A stretch of 64,000 nt of DNA, from positions 40,736,001 through 40,800,000 of the forward strand of contig NW_024704742.1 of the NCBI RefSeq assembly GCF_018977255.1. The letters run 5' to 3'. The notes under the pieces are model-generated. The model ran no database searches, had not been told where the DNA came from, and worked only from the letters and a program-made list of their open reading frames with translations. Made by a program: the position numbers and the translations under genes. The DNA comes from Callorhinchus milii. Taxonomy: Eukaryota. Of this stretch, positions 46,588 to 59,166 are shown piece after piece (position 1 is the stretch's first letter; each line of letters opens with the position of its first letter).

Positions 46588-48069
46588 GCGCCCGTACCGG
46601 TCAAGCATAGAACAGGAGATCTCTGTGATGCAAGATGCCACCTTGTCGGACTAGTTATCCAATTAATTTTACATTGAAAATACTTACAAGAATTTCTAGA
46701 ATACAACAAGTTATGTGTTAAATGGGGTAAGTAAAGCGGATGGAGTCGCTTATTAACATTTTGTATGAGAAGCCACCGGGATACTGACAGTATGATGACT
46801 TGAATGATAGTAACAAGTTAAGCCAGTATCTTGTTATCAGGACTTTACTGTAAATAGTATTTAATAGTTTTCTTCATATAGACTTGTTGCATTTCCAGCA
46901 GTTAACAACAATTTAACAACAACCCTTAGTGCCGGGTAGCATCTTGAAGCACTAACAATGGTGGTGCATGATGTCAAGCCAGGGAGAGAGGGGAGATTTA
47001 CCATAAGCACAGTCGAAGAGGAACATCTTCAGGCGTGATATAAAGATAGACAGCAACAATTACAACTTGCACTTATATAGCGCCCTCTTCATAGGGACTA
47101 GGCGGGAGTAAGGTGGAGAATTGAGGTAGAGAGTTCCAGAGTCTTGGGCTAATAGCTGAAAGCACAGCCAAAAGTGGAGCTGAGGGGACGAGACATGCAA
47201 GAGGTTGGAGCCAGCTGAGCAATGGGGGAAGGTAGAGAAGTGGGGCATAATCAAGTTAGTTAACTTGTACCTGGTTATTTACAACTCTCTGCAACAATAA
47301 TCCCTCAGTTATCTCCTAAATTACTTCCTTCCATGCTGATGGAACCTGTAGTTTTGTATAATTTAGCTGTTTTTTCAATCTATTCCGTAGCTCCCTCTCT
47401 ATTCCATTCCATCCAAGTTTTGGAAAACTTTGTCCCTTTGTCAACAGTTTTTCTAAAATTGAAATGTGTCCTCTGAGTTCAACTTGTCCACAAGTTCCAT
47501 TACTTCTTCCATCACAGAACTGAACCGCATTTTCACTCTCCCACAAAGCCCTGGGACTCTCTCTGATATACTATAGGGAAATAATTATTTTCGCTTTCAG
47601 AATGCTCTACGAGAATTGTTCTACAAAGTTTCTCCCTTCCCCATAAAAGTAAATAAAATCTGTTTGTGTCATCCAGGTATCTGACGTGGAAATCCATCTC
47701 CATGCTTAAGATTATCCAAACCACAGTTCCATGTATGCCATCTACCGATAGAAATTTCTGAGGCTGGAATGAAATGTACTCGCTCTCCCAAAGAGACACA
47801 CCCTGCTTACCTAATTCCAGAGAATATTACACGTAGGTTAGCGAGAGCCCAGGCTCAGTGACCCCAAAGTGTGGTTGGAGTTTAACAACAGAGCTTGCTT
47901 GCCATTGAAAATGTTGTCTAGTAAGCTTCCCGCTGATTGTCCAGCTAGGACCACTTGACCGTTCAGGCTATAGCTTGCATAGATAACAAGAGCTGAATAG
48001 AAAGAATCCTTGCCCTAAATGACCATCAATTTCTCCAAGTTCGGCTGTTGAGCCAAGCTTGTTGGTCAG

Positions 48070-48300
48070 TACAGGATAGCATCCCAGAGCGCTTGACAGT
48101 GGTGGAGGTACAACACTGAGCCAGGGGGAGGGGGAGGTGGACCTTAGGCACAGTCGATGAGTAAGGTCTTCAGGTGCGGCCTTAAGATGGGGAAGGAAGG
48201 GGCAAGACCGAGGGATAGAGGAAGAGTGTTCCAGAGTTTCAGGGCTTAGTCGCTGAAAGCGTGGCCACCAATGGTGGAACGTAGGGCACATGAGGAGGCT
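48070..48300 (-). mobile_element. L2 LINE 3' end
   Basis: GGTGGCC..TTTCAG..CTCTGGAAC..CTTAAG motif series shared with other L2 ends. Confidence 0.7.
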
Positions 48301-51300
48301 GGGAACCAGAAATAGAAAGGTATGTGGCTATGGGGAGAAAAATCAGAAAAATTGGACACATTAGATGTAAAAAAAAATTGGTAGATCTTTTAATATCCCA
48401 TACCACCCGACCCCCCAACTTTTCGTAATGCCATCACTTCAAGTATATTTAGTTAATTTTTTTTAAAGGGAGGAAAAAGGTTGTTTTTCTTCTAACTACC
48501 TTGAACTGTTCTTGAACCCAATAACAATAGCTTTCATAGCATACCGGTCCTTGAACAGGGATGGCAGAAAGCAAGGGTGAAATTAATTCTGAAGTCATCT
48601 ACCATTGCAATAGCACTGAGAAACAATAGTACAACTATTATTTGTCAAGACGGAGGGGGGGCAAAGCGGAGGCATTGGGCGAAGAGAGTTCCCTAATAGT
48701 AACTCTAGTATTTCAAGCACTAAGAAGCTCCTATTTCAGAAATTTGTTTACATTCTAAAAGCAAAAAATATTTAGAACATTCCTTGATTATATTCAACTA
48801 CCACTATTTATCTGAGCATTAAGAAAGACACTGAATAAAAGGAATGCCAACACAGTGCTCAAGTGATCAGCTGTGCTCAAGGATAAATGGAAATCATAAC
48901 TAAAACTGTAGATTTAGGAAACCTACCTTCAAGAAACTGTTCAGTTCATCTACCAGCGTTCAATTATACTGCTATATTTGGACAGAAAGGCAAAAGGTTA
49001 GTGCACCATATATTAAGTTTCAAGAATAGGATGCATATTCTACTTAGTTTTAATAAAACACACCTTCATTTTACTAAAGAGTTTACTTAGTGAAACTAAT
49101 TAAATGCTCAAGTTATTTTTAATATATACTCATTGCTCCATATTTATAGACAGTGACAAATTTGCATACAACAGCATACTGCATAGCTGTAGATTACACA
49201 AGGCATTATAGATACTGTAGTACTGCAACGCAATAAAGCCCTTCCTGCCAGGGAACCTAAAGGGTGTTAAGCAAAATACAGGAAGCTGGATAAGCAAAGG
49301 GATGGATTCTTTTAAAGTGAAACAAGGATGTAGGGATATATAGCATTTCTGTCTCAGGTAACTACTAACAATTGTTTAAGTAAAAGAAACTATTTATTGT
49401 ATGTTATCCTTAAACAGATAAACAGTCATAATAGCAGTTGAACACTGAGGTTCTCCATTTTTGGAAAACCAGGTAGGTTTCAATTTACAAACCTGGATCC
49501 AGCTGGTATTTCAAGTACCTAGCAGATTACCATATATATTGTTTGATGTAGTCCTAAAGCAAGGCCGAAATATAGTAGGGCTATTCACTTTAAGAACAAA
49601 AATCTGCTATCAGGTGCATCAGTTTAAATTATTTGGTTTGTATTACAAGATGATATTTGGATCAAGTTCTACCTGCTAATTTCACTTTTCATCATTTGAA
49701 AACTAGCCAAAAAAATGCCAGTGATTATCTTCACGTAGTCAACATCTCTACCACATGAATGGTTTTCTCTAGTCCACAATCAATCTACTGGGCTTGCTTT
49801 GGAAACTTTCTGCCACTCATTCTAAATTAGTGACCAAAATCGTTTACCCTGTTTCATTCAATAAATTAGCAATGTTGACTGGTTGTCATACTATCTTCAT
49901 CTCATACTCTTTGGCATTCAAAACCTATGATAGTTTCTCTTCAAGACTATTAATACTCTTAAATATTCTTCCTGATGCTTCACTTCACCCCCCACGCCTT
50001 GCCCGTGGCTAACTATGAATTACAATTAGTATATTGCTAAGTCAAAGAGACCAGGACATCTCAGGTATTTGCCCTGCCTTGTGCTAAATTAACTGTCAGC
50101 CAACTTTGCTGTGCACCACCAAGTTTCACTTCAATTGTCTGAGACTCTGTTTTTTCGGGGGGTGGGGGGGGGAACGGCCACACAACGACAGGATTATTAT
50201 TCAAGTATGGATATAGAATGAGGACAGGACTAGGTGCACTTGTAATATACCGTTGACATTTGAAAGGTTGCCAAAATCTCGCTGTTCAAACTCACACAAG
50301 AAATGACTTAGGTACAAAAGGACTCATCAGAACCCTATCCTACATTACTCTCTAAAGAGATGAAAATTGGTAATATTTGAAAAAACAAAGCCAACCGATT
50401 CTGAAGTAAAATAGCAAGTTTTAGGCAGATGTATTGGTCCAACTGGCCTACCTATCCAATTTCTTATAAGATTATGTCGACATAGTTTTTCCATCCAACA
50501 ACCTGGATTCTTTATAATTTCCAGAAATTTGTCTAGTTGTTTTTTGAAACCTTTTATAGTTCCCCGTTTCATCCCAAGTACAGGTAGTTTATCTCACATG
50601 TCCATTACCCTCATTTATTTTAAAAAAGTGTTGTTTTGGTCAGCCAGGTGTCTAACACACATGGAAGCCCATCACATTACTTAGGGTTAACAATAGTCAT
50701 TTGGGAAGAATACCTGTCCCCAATGAATCCTCAAGTCCTGTCCACAACCAGGGCAGCTTGTCTGTTATCAACAATATCTTGGAGTATTGTAGAAAACAGA
50801 CACTGCTTACTTGTCGCCACTCGCTCCTTCCCCACCTCCGAGCAAGAGAGATACTAGTTAGGCAAATCCACACCTGGTAGCTCCTGGTAACAACTTGTCA
50901 ATAAGTAGAGGTGTGTGTCTGGGCTGTGGGCAGGAGAATGGTGCCAGTGCTCTCAATCATGAAGAGTTCCTGGTAAATGTTATCCACTTAGCAATCCTGC
51001 GCTTGACCAGATGTCTAAAAAAAAATCTGTATATCCTAGTTCCTTTTGTTGTTTTAAGTTTGAAAACAGTAAATATACCCTGCTAACATCTGGTGAAGAT
51101 GAGTGAATAGTATAATGGTGAAGGAAGCAGATGATTGCTGGTACCTTCAGTTTGCTACTTACTGGATTTTGCTGCTACTCTTTTCAACCATGGTGGTGTA
51201 CTGCTCTACGATGCTCAGTGAGGATCTCAGCAAGCAAGTTGCAAACTTAATATCTATCATAGATCTTTTCTTTGGCTTATTCACCATGTATCACAGAACC

Positions 51301-52092
51301 ATCTTTGCCACCACAGGGATTTCCACCATAAAATTGAAGATGTAGAAGCTATCGCCTGGATTGGGGCTGAACTGACACTGAAATACATCAGAATGTGAGA
51401 GATTTGTCTGCAGAGAATCTATGCTAGCCACCGTGCAATGAATAAGGGCAGCAACCATTCTGCTCTGGAATTTGATACCAAACTAAACTTAAATAAATCC
51501 CAGATTCACTTATTCAAAATAAAAGTATGAGAAGGCTGAATGACCACAGCAAAGAACATCCAGATTTACTTGGCCTATTGCTATAAAGAACAATTCATAA
51601 ACTTCACCAACAATGAATAAGTAGCTGAAGGAGGCATCGCAGGACAACATTAATATGATTCACGATACTAACAAAAGCAGGTAAAAATGCAAGAAAAAAA
51701 AATCAAACAAACTGAAAGGCAGTTAAAGAATCAAAGATCAATAGTATGAAGATCATGAGAACAAAAAAGTAGATTATAAACAAAGTGAAACCAGTCTTCC
51801 AAAAACAAAAATAATTTTGCCAGTTCAAACAAAACTAAATAGTTGTTGAAAGTAAAAAAAAACTAAATGTCATGTTTCGAACCAGAGATATTTAATAAAA
51901 TAGGAAAGCAGAAGTTTACCAGGAAGCATGAAAGTGGAAATAAAATCTAGATGGAAGTAATTTTTGTTCAACAAATAGAACGGAAAGGATTTAAAGACAA
52001 TGCTAAGAAATTCCAAACATTATTTTTGCACTGGAAAATACAGATATCAAACAACAAACGTCTCCTTTAAGGGATTAAATGGGATGGAAAAT

Positions 52093-52352
52093 TATAATAA
52101 TAATAATAATCCTTGCATTTGATATAGCGCTTTTCACGTCGGGAGGATGTCCCAAAGCGCTTCACAGAATATACTGTAAAGTGAATTGACTGTATATTTG
52201 TGGGCGAAACGCGGCAGCCAATTGCACACAGCAATGTCCCACAAACAGTCATGGATTGAAAATGACCAATTTATTATTGTTTGGGTTTTGGAGGGATTAT
52301 TATTAGGCCTGTGGAGTAAGGAAACTTGCCCAAGGTTTCGCCCTGCCTGGAA
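52093..52352 (-). mobile_element. Young SINE, 5'-truncated
   Basis: Same family. Confidence 0.9.
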
Positions 52353-54093
52353 TTATGATGAAAAGTAAGGAACTTTCACAGAATTAATTTGTTTCATTAG
52401 AGAAACAATTGTAGGAGGTGGGGAATAATCCAAATCTTTAAATTGCTGTAAGGCATTAATTTACATGGAGTCTTATTTGTGATATTGCTTAGTGGAATTC
52501 TTAAAAAGTAATCCATTCCACAAATTAGGTATTTTTCTAATAATTGGACATACATCATGTGACTCATGAGAATACTATTCTGGCATGATTCACATCTCGA
52601 GAAGAGTTCCCACGAATTGCTGGAAATTTTAACGGGATTCTAAGGAATCCTAGTTGGACAGCTCATTTAAAAAATGATGGGCACATTCAACATAAATTAG
52701 ACCCCAATATTATGGATAAAACTACAAATAAGCAAAACCAGAGATTCCACTTTCAAAAAATAACACAGTACCACCACAAGGTATTGATATCTACAGCTTA
52801 TTTTTACATCGTGCCTTTCACTAGATCTAAAGAAGTCTCAATTCGCTTTGCAGAGATAAATTTACGAATTCACCAAATGTTATATAGGTAAATGTAGCTA
52901 ATCTTTGCCAGGAACGTCCCACAGAGAATGATAGGGGCATGTATTTGATTTTAGTCTGGGACAAATTTGGATGAAGAGGAAATGTAAAGCAGGTTAACAG
53001 GTAGAAAAACTCTTTGATATTCCAGCCAGGGTGAGGGGGTGGAGAATCAGAGAATTTATGTCCCTTAATGTCTCTCTGAATCACAAGGCAGAGTACAATC
53101 AAAAGAAAGATCTTAAAATAACTAGATTTAAAATAGGATGTCATGCCAAGAATCCGAACGGCAAAGGACATTACTGCATGGAAACAGGCCATTTGGCCCA
53201 GGAAGTCCATACCGGTGCTAAGACTCCACATTAAGCCTCAAGGTTTCCTAATCCCCTTTCCTAAACATTGCAGCCTATCTACATTCCTGCAAACAATGAA
53301 TTGATTTGCTTAAATTACTTTCACTAATTTCAAAAAATGAGCCAAGGATTGACAGTGGATAACACAGTGGATAATGCCATCAAGAAGTTTATCACAAGAA
53401 CGGTCAAAACAAGCAAAAACACTCACTGACAGCTGAAACCTGAAGGAGATACTAGTGAGATTGTCAGAATGCTTGGAAACAAGAACAATTCCCAGAAGGA
53501 TCGATAAAACTCCTACTGGTCTCAAAACGCAGGTAGACACACAAAAAAACTGCAGGAACCATCAATATTCTTTCTATTAAAATCTGGGAAGACCATGATA
53601 CCAAGTTCAAGATACAAAAGGAAGCACATGGTTATACTTATTTTTGGAACAGTTCATGATCACTGTTTTTTTCCATTTAGAGCACTGATGTCTACTTTGA
53701 CTTGTGATATGACTATTCTAGATGATACTGACATGACAACAATAGTACTTAATTTTTTTTAAAATTTGTATTTATATCAATGTAAGTGCCTACATTAAAT
53801 GCTACATTTCCCATAATCATGATCTTTCAATACTGGAAATAATTTATTTACATAATCTTACATCTTCATAACCGAGTGAACAATATCTACAATGTCTTGG
53901 ACTGACTAACAAAGCTCTGTATTTGTTAGTCATTGGCTTTGCTGCTTATATGTTATTACAAGTAACTTTATTTTTGTTTATTTCACTACTAATGCACAAT
54001 ACTGTTGTGGTTGCAGTCATACACAAAAGAAAAAGCAAAGGAAAATGTTATATACCCAGTACCTTGACAACCCCAGTCAAGACAGTGAATATC

Positions 54094-54163
54094 TCACCAA
54101 CCAGGAAACTTTGGAGGAGCTGATGCTCTAGGAAATCTGGTCAAAGTATCATATGAAGGAGTG
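54094..54163 (-). CDS. PROM1: Prominin-1 exon TPSYDTLTRFPRASAPPKFPGW(-stop)
   Basis: Acceptor ttttcacgttgatag, phase-2 entry; resembles the YDT..RFPRASAPP tail of fish prominin-1. Ends TGG TGA, overlapping a TG|GTGAGA donor. Confidence 0.82.
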
Positions 54164-55104
54164 CTATCAACGTGAAAAAACCCCAAATCAATAATGCAAA
54201 AGACAACATTTACTGTATCAGATAGAGACAGCAACAATGTAATAAATTGGAAACAGACATTTTCAAATGCAACGTGCATTTTAAAATAAAAATCATGCTT
54301 TTGTTACTGAAAATTCTCACAAACAAGATAGTCATGAAAACAATGATATTGTGTTGTATATTAAATAAGAGACCAACATAACAACTTTGTTTTTTAAAGT
54401 TTGCAGTGAAGGAAGTTATCCCGAGGAATAATAAATATTTAAAGCTACAAAAACAAGCCTAGATTTGATACAATATTTATTTTCCTCTGAACAGTATTTA
54501 AAAATGTTAATAAGCCACATAGATAGGATTTAAAGCACCGATTCTCATGAAAATAACCCTAGCATGCAGTTATTCGTGAAAAATAATTTGAGCATACCCT
54601 GCAGCTTAGAATCTTTTACTAAGTTAAATAAACTCATTGTCTATTCAAATCATACACATACTTTCTCTCTTTACACATTGGGGTGGTATGATTTATTGAA
54701 CAATGATTTAATTTTACAGTCACAAGTGAATAATCTACACCAAGACTATTAGACACTGAAATTAATTTTGACTTGTGGAATTTCTCAAATACTGTGCACA
54801 GATTTAACTACTTAAATATTGTACAAATTAAATTATTTTAGGTTAAATCATGCCGTGCCATATTATGAATTAGTATTAGTTCAATCACGATCAGTTTACA
54901 ATTATGTACATACATGCACCCAGCCAAGACATGCCAATTAGTTTTATAAAAGCATGCAATAATCAGGGGTCTTGCCTCTCTTAGTTTGGAAAGGGAAGGA
55001 CTTTCACTTTGGTGCATTTCATGTAATCAGAGGCACAATCAACACCCGAAAAGAAATAAACATGCATAGATTCACTGGCTTTGAGACTATACAGACTATT
55101 TTAC

Positions 55105-55173
55105 CTCATCAACACTGGACTGTGAATACCAAGTGAATGCTCATTATGATAACCATTACTACCATTTTCCAAA
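55105..55173 (-). CDS. PROM1: Prominin-1 69-nt exon LENGSNGYHNEHSLGIHSPVLM(S)
   Basis: gttgcag/gtaaaa, phase 2-2; equivalent to mammalian [23 protein letters not shown]. Confidence 0.92.
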
Positions 55174-55772
55174 CTGCAACAAAAGGATCACACAACATAA
55201 AGAAAAAAATAAACTTGTGAATGCAAAACTTCTCTTAAAAAAAATGTAGGAAGCTAAACGAAAAATAAAATATCTAAGTTGCAACAGATATTTTACAACC
55301 AACAATGCTAAACAAACAAAAAAAACTCTCCCTCCCAATTCTAGTTCTGCAGGAATACTGAAGTCTGCAAAAAAATCATGAAGCTATTAAATGAAAATTT
55401 TAACAATCATTTAGAGAACATTTTTATATAATATAGAAGCAACTGTATTCAGCTTGATTTAAATACTGCAAAATTGTAAAATCAAAGCATCTGTGGAAAT
55501 TAATAAAGTGTCTCTGAGTGCATTTGGAAATACTTTTGTTTTACTCCTCTTTCCCTGAAGTTTGTGCTCTTTAGGTGTTGTACAGTAAGTGGAGTTAAAA
55601 ATTATTCTGCTTATATACACAGCACTAAATGTATTCCCAGTTTTACACACTTTAAACACTACAAATTTAATTAAAGGCTATACAGTCTTGTTAGCAATAC
55701 TCAAGCTACAAACTGTAACCTTAGATTTACAACCTTAACCCCAAGATGCACCAGTATGAAAAGAAATCTTAC

Positions 55773-55796
55773 TTTTTCATGTGAATATTCTCAACA
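55773..55796 (-). CDS. PROM1: Prominin-1 24-nt exon VENIHMK(N)
   Basis: ttctgtag|TGTTGAGAATATTCACATGAAAAA|gtaag; equivalent to mammalian VETIPMKN. Confidence 0.88.
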
Positions 55797-56120
55797 CTAC
55801 AGAAATACAAAAATGGAAATATTGTTAATATTTAATTAAGTAAAGTAGCACTCTTATTTTTGCTGATCACACCAATGTGCAAATTTTACATGACGTTGAG
55901 TTCACTGACATTAAGCCCACATAGTTTAATATTCAATGCAGAAATGCAAAATTTATTTAAAAAGGATATCTTGCATGCTGTCTATGGTACAATAAATAAA
56001 CAAATATTGTGATAAAAGTTTTCAAAGTGCAATGTGCATGAGATTTTGCAGTCAAGAGTGGCAATGATATTCAAAAAAGCAACAGAAATGAGTGAAAACT
56101 GGAAAGGGTATCAATAGTTA

Positions 56121-56157
56121 TCACAAAGTAAAATGCCAAGTCCCTGAGACAGAAGAA
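56121..56157 (-). CDS. PROM1: Prominin-1 alternative terminal exon SSVSGTWHFTL-stop
   Basis: Strong acceptor ccttttctctcctacag, phase-2 entry, TGA at 56121-56123, AATAAA downstream at 55952-55957; matches the known -HFTL prominin-1 C-terminus. Confidence 0.9.
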
Positions 56158-56837
56158 CTGTAGGAGAGAAAAGGAATATATAGGATTTAGAGGCTAGCAA
56201 CAGTCAATAATCAATCAAGGACGCAAACAAGGGGTGTACATCAATTACAAAGAGGTAAGATTTGGAACCAAAGGAAAGAGGGAGAAGCCAAAACAAATTA
56301 ACATTGCAGTTGAAGAAAAGTACATCAAGATATTTAGCAAGAACATTTGATTTTGTTCATTACAAGGAAAGAAAATAAACTTCCCAAACCAAAGGAAAAG
56401 CTGAATCAATGAGATTTTTTATTACCAGCTGTCCCCTGGACAAGTACAATTATTGACCCACATTAATCAAACTCTGACTCCAACATAGAAAGTAATCAAG
56501 ACTATTATCGAAGCTGGTTGTTCAATTGTAACCTGACTTATTCTATATATTGTACATCTGATATCTTCTCAGCCACAGACAACACTGGTAAATCTACATT
56601 CCAAAAAAGGGAGATTTTCCCCTTGTGCAAGGGACAGCTGTAGTTATTAGACCTCAGCCGTTAGCTCATCTACAGACCTAAACGCAGAATTAGATGCTAG
56701 ATAAGCAGCATTAGCTAGTGCTTTTTAAAATGTTAATTTACCAATAGGAGTAAGTTTGCTGTGTTTCATGAATATATTTATTGACAGCAGAAATATGTGG
56801 AATAGTGGACGCATTGTATAAAGTACAGTCTACTCAC

Positions 56838-56953
56838 TCATCATACACATCTTCTGTATCCATCCGTCGATAGAACTTTGCTAGTTTCACAGCAAGAATA
56901 ATACTTGGAATCAAAAAGATTGAGCAACATCCGAGACCAAACCAGAAACCATT
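56838..56953 (-). CDS. PROM1: Prominin-1 exon with TM5 and the cytoplasmic tail start [38 protein letters not shown](D)
   Basis: 116 nt, ccctcag/gtgagt, ends in phase 2; diagnostic KLAK.YRRMD.EDVYDD. Confidence 0.97.
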
Positions 56954-57066
56954 CTGAGGGAAAAAATACAAAATAAAACGAATTATCTACATAGCCACAA
57001 TAATTAAAAGTATAAACATTTTGTTCAAAATCATTTGTGCTGTGAGTGGGTGTAAGAAAACCTTAC

Positions 57067-57156
57067 CAAAGAATCCACCACAAAGCCACACAATACGATG
57101 TCAAGCGTATCCACCACATTTGCGATTGGCTTGCAGTCTGCAACCTCATTGTTGAT
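57067..57156 (-). CDS. PROM1: Prominin-1 exon INNEVADCKPIANVVDTLDIVLCGFVVDSL
   Basis: 90 nt, ctacag/gtaagg; conserved CKP...LC..VD motif before TM5. Confidence 0.95.
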
Positions 57157-57661
57157 CTGTAGAATTAAAAAAACAATAGTTATCTCTCCTGAGGGAACAT
57201 CAAAACACAAAATACCACTTCTTCCCAAAGAAATTTCTTGACCACAGACTTTAAAGTGGACAGTATAACTCACACCTATGGAAGAAAATACAGTACCTTA
57301 TAAAACTACTCTTTTTATCAATTTTAAAAGTGTCCTCACTAGTGATATATAAAGTTAGAATCCTTGAACATACATTCTCAAGATGCAACAGAGTTGGATT
57401 ACCTTTGCTGTTAACAGCTTCACATTGACTGGAAGCCATCAGTGAATGATCAACAATATACTCCACAAAAAAAAATGCAACTAAACTATAGTAACACAAC
57501 ATAAGTAACTAACTTACAGAATTCATACCGAGAGACAAATAATTAACTCAAAGTAACATCAAAAGAAATTAAGCAAAATATTGGGGAATTTGGCTACATT
57601 TCTCAAAACATAACACAGCAACATTTACACTTCATTGAAAGCATAACACCGTAAAACTCAC

Positions 57662-57730
57662 AACATCTTTGCTCCATTCTACATATTCTTGGAAGTAGCC
57701 CATTATTCTCATCAAGTATTGCTGAGCTTC
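57662..57730 (-). CDS. PROM1: Prominin-1 exon EAQQYLMRIMGYFQEYVEWSKDV
   Basis: 69 nt, cacag/gtgagt; conserved GYF..Y..W motif. Confidence 0.93.
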
Positions 57731-57852
57731 CTGTGCAGAAAAATTACATGATTTAGAAAACATCCACAGTAGCTGAACTTTGTTGTTTGCATACCATTCA
57801 GCATATTTTATGTACTAGATGTTATGTTCTAGTATAGAGGTAAGAAACTTAC

Positions 57853-57933
57853 CTGTGCTACAATGCTTGTGCCATTGTTGTTAATTAGGCTCTGAGCAGC
57901 TTCAAGAGAATCAACTACATTTCCCACTTTTAC
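57853..57933 (-). CDS. PROM1: Prominin-1 exon VKVGNVVDSLEAAQSLINNNGTSIVAQ
   Basis: 81 nt, tttttatctag/gtaagt, carries the N-glycosylation sequon NGT. Confidence 0.9.
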
Positions 57934-58116
57934 CTAGATAAAAAAGGGAAAGATACGGAAATCTGTACAATTAACTGCAATATTCACATTGGTACAACTT
58001 GTATTGTACTTCTCGCCAATAATTTAATCGAAGTAAAACCATTTCTAGAATATTTTAAGGCAATGGTAGTCAACCCACTGTCATTAGGCCTTAGAAAATA
58101 GCAATATGCATTGATT

Positions 58117-58540
58117 CAACAACAACAATTTGGATTTATATAGCGCTCTCCACCCCGGACGGCGTCTCAGAGCGCTTTACAGTAACCGATCCCGGGACAG
58201 AGCCAGAATGGAAAGGGGGGAGTGAGACGAAGGGAGTGAGGAAGGCAGTTCCAGAGCCTCGGGGCATAGTGGCTGAAGGCACGGCCACCGAGGGTGGAGC
58301 GGAGGACTCAGGGGACAAGGAGGAGGCCAGACCCGGAGGAATGAAGGCAACGGGTATTGTTTTAAGGAGAGAGGTCAAAGAAGTAGGGGGATGCAGAGGA
58401 GTGCAGGGACTTGAATACAAGGGTGAGGATCTTGAAATCGATCCTCTCTGGGATAGGCAGCAGTGCAGTCTGGCAAGGACTGGGGTAATTGGGGAGCGGA
58501 ATTTGGTGCGGGTGAGAATGCGGGCGGCAGAGTTTTGGCG
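58117..58540 (-). mobile_element. L2 LINE 3' end in a PROM1 intron
   Basis: QNSAARILTRT..LHCCL..FKIL motifs and (TTG)n tail. Confidence 0.85.
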
Positions 58541-59112
58541 ATTCGGTGGGAAGTGGGGGGAAGCTACAGAGAGCGCAATACTACTGGGTTCCTATCATAT
58601 ACCTCCAAATGTCCACAATTTGTTTTGGTCAGCTGGGTATCTGACACATGTGGAACCCCATCACAATGCTTAAGAGTATCCAACCTACAGTTGCATGCTT
58701 CCCACTTACATAGCGAATTTCTTGTGTATTGGATGGAACGATGAGCACTCTCTCCCTGGAGGGAAGCATTCCACTTACCCAATTCGGGAGAGTATTAGGC
58801 GAAGGCTGGCAAGAGCCCAGAGGGACCATAGAGTATGCAGTGAGGTATTGCTTGAGCACTCCAGAGTGTGTGTGTGCTGGAGTCTAACCAGCTAAAAACC
58901 CATAGTTTGCCTTTGAGAGCACTGTCAAGCACTGTCTGTCAAACTTCTCCGCTGCTTGTCCAGCACAGGCCCACCCTATCCGTTCGGGCTTGCAGAGTGA
59001 GCACTCAAAGAGAAATGCAAGAGGGTAATGGATTTTCAAAATAAGGAGTATAATGAACTTGTAAGAAGCAGTGAAGAATGCATCAAAACAATATATTATA
59101 CAAATCATTTAC

Positions 59113-59166
59113 CGACAAATCAGATGCTGTAGTCTGTAGCCTTTCAATGTTCTGAATCATTAATGT
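59113..59166 (-). CDS. PROM1: Prominin-1 exon TLMIQNIERLQTTASDLS
   Basis: 54 nt, ttttaacag/gtaaat, phase 0; expected exon size and order. Confidence 0.85.

Noticed and set aside
46740..48620. Other possible PROM1 tail exons (acceptor-like sites near 46774, 47290 and 48616)
   Set aside because: Weak splice signals and no similarity to known prominin tails
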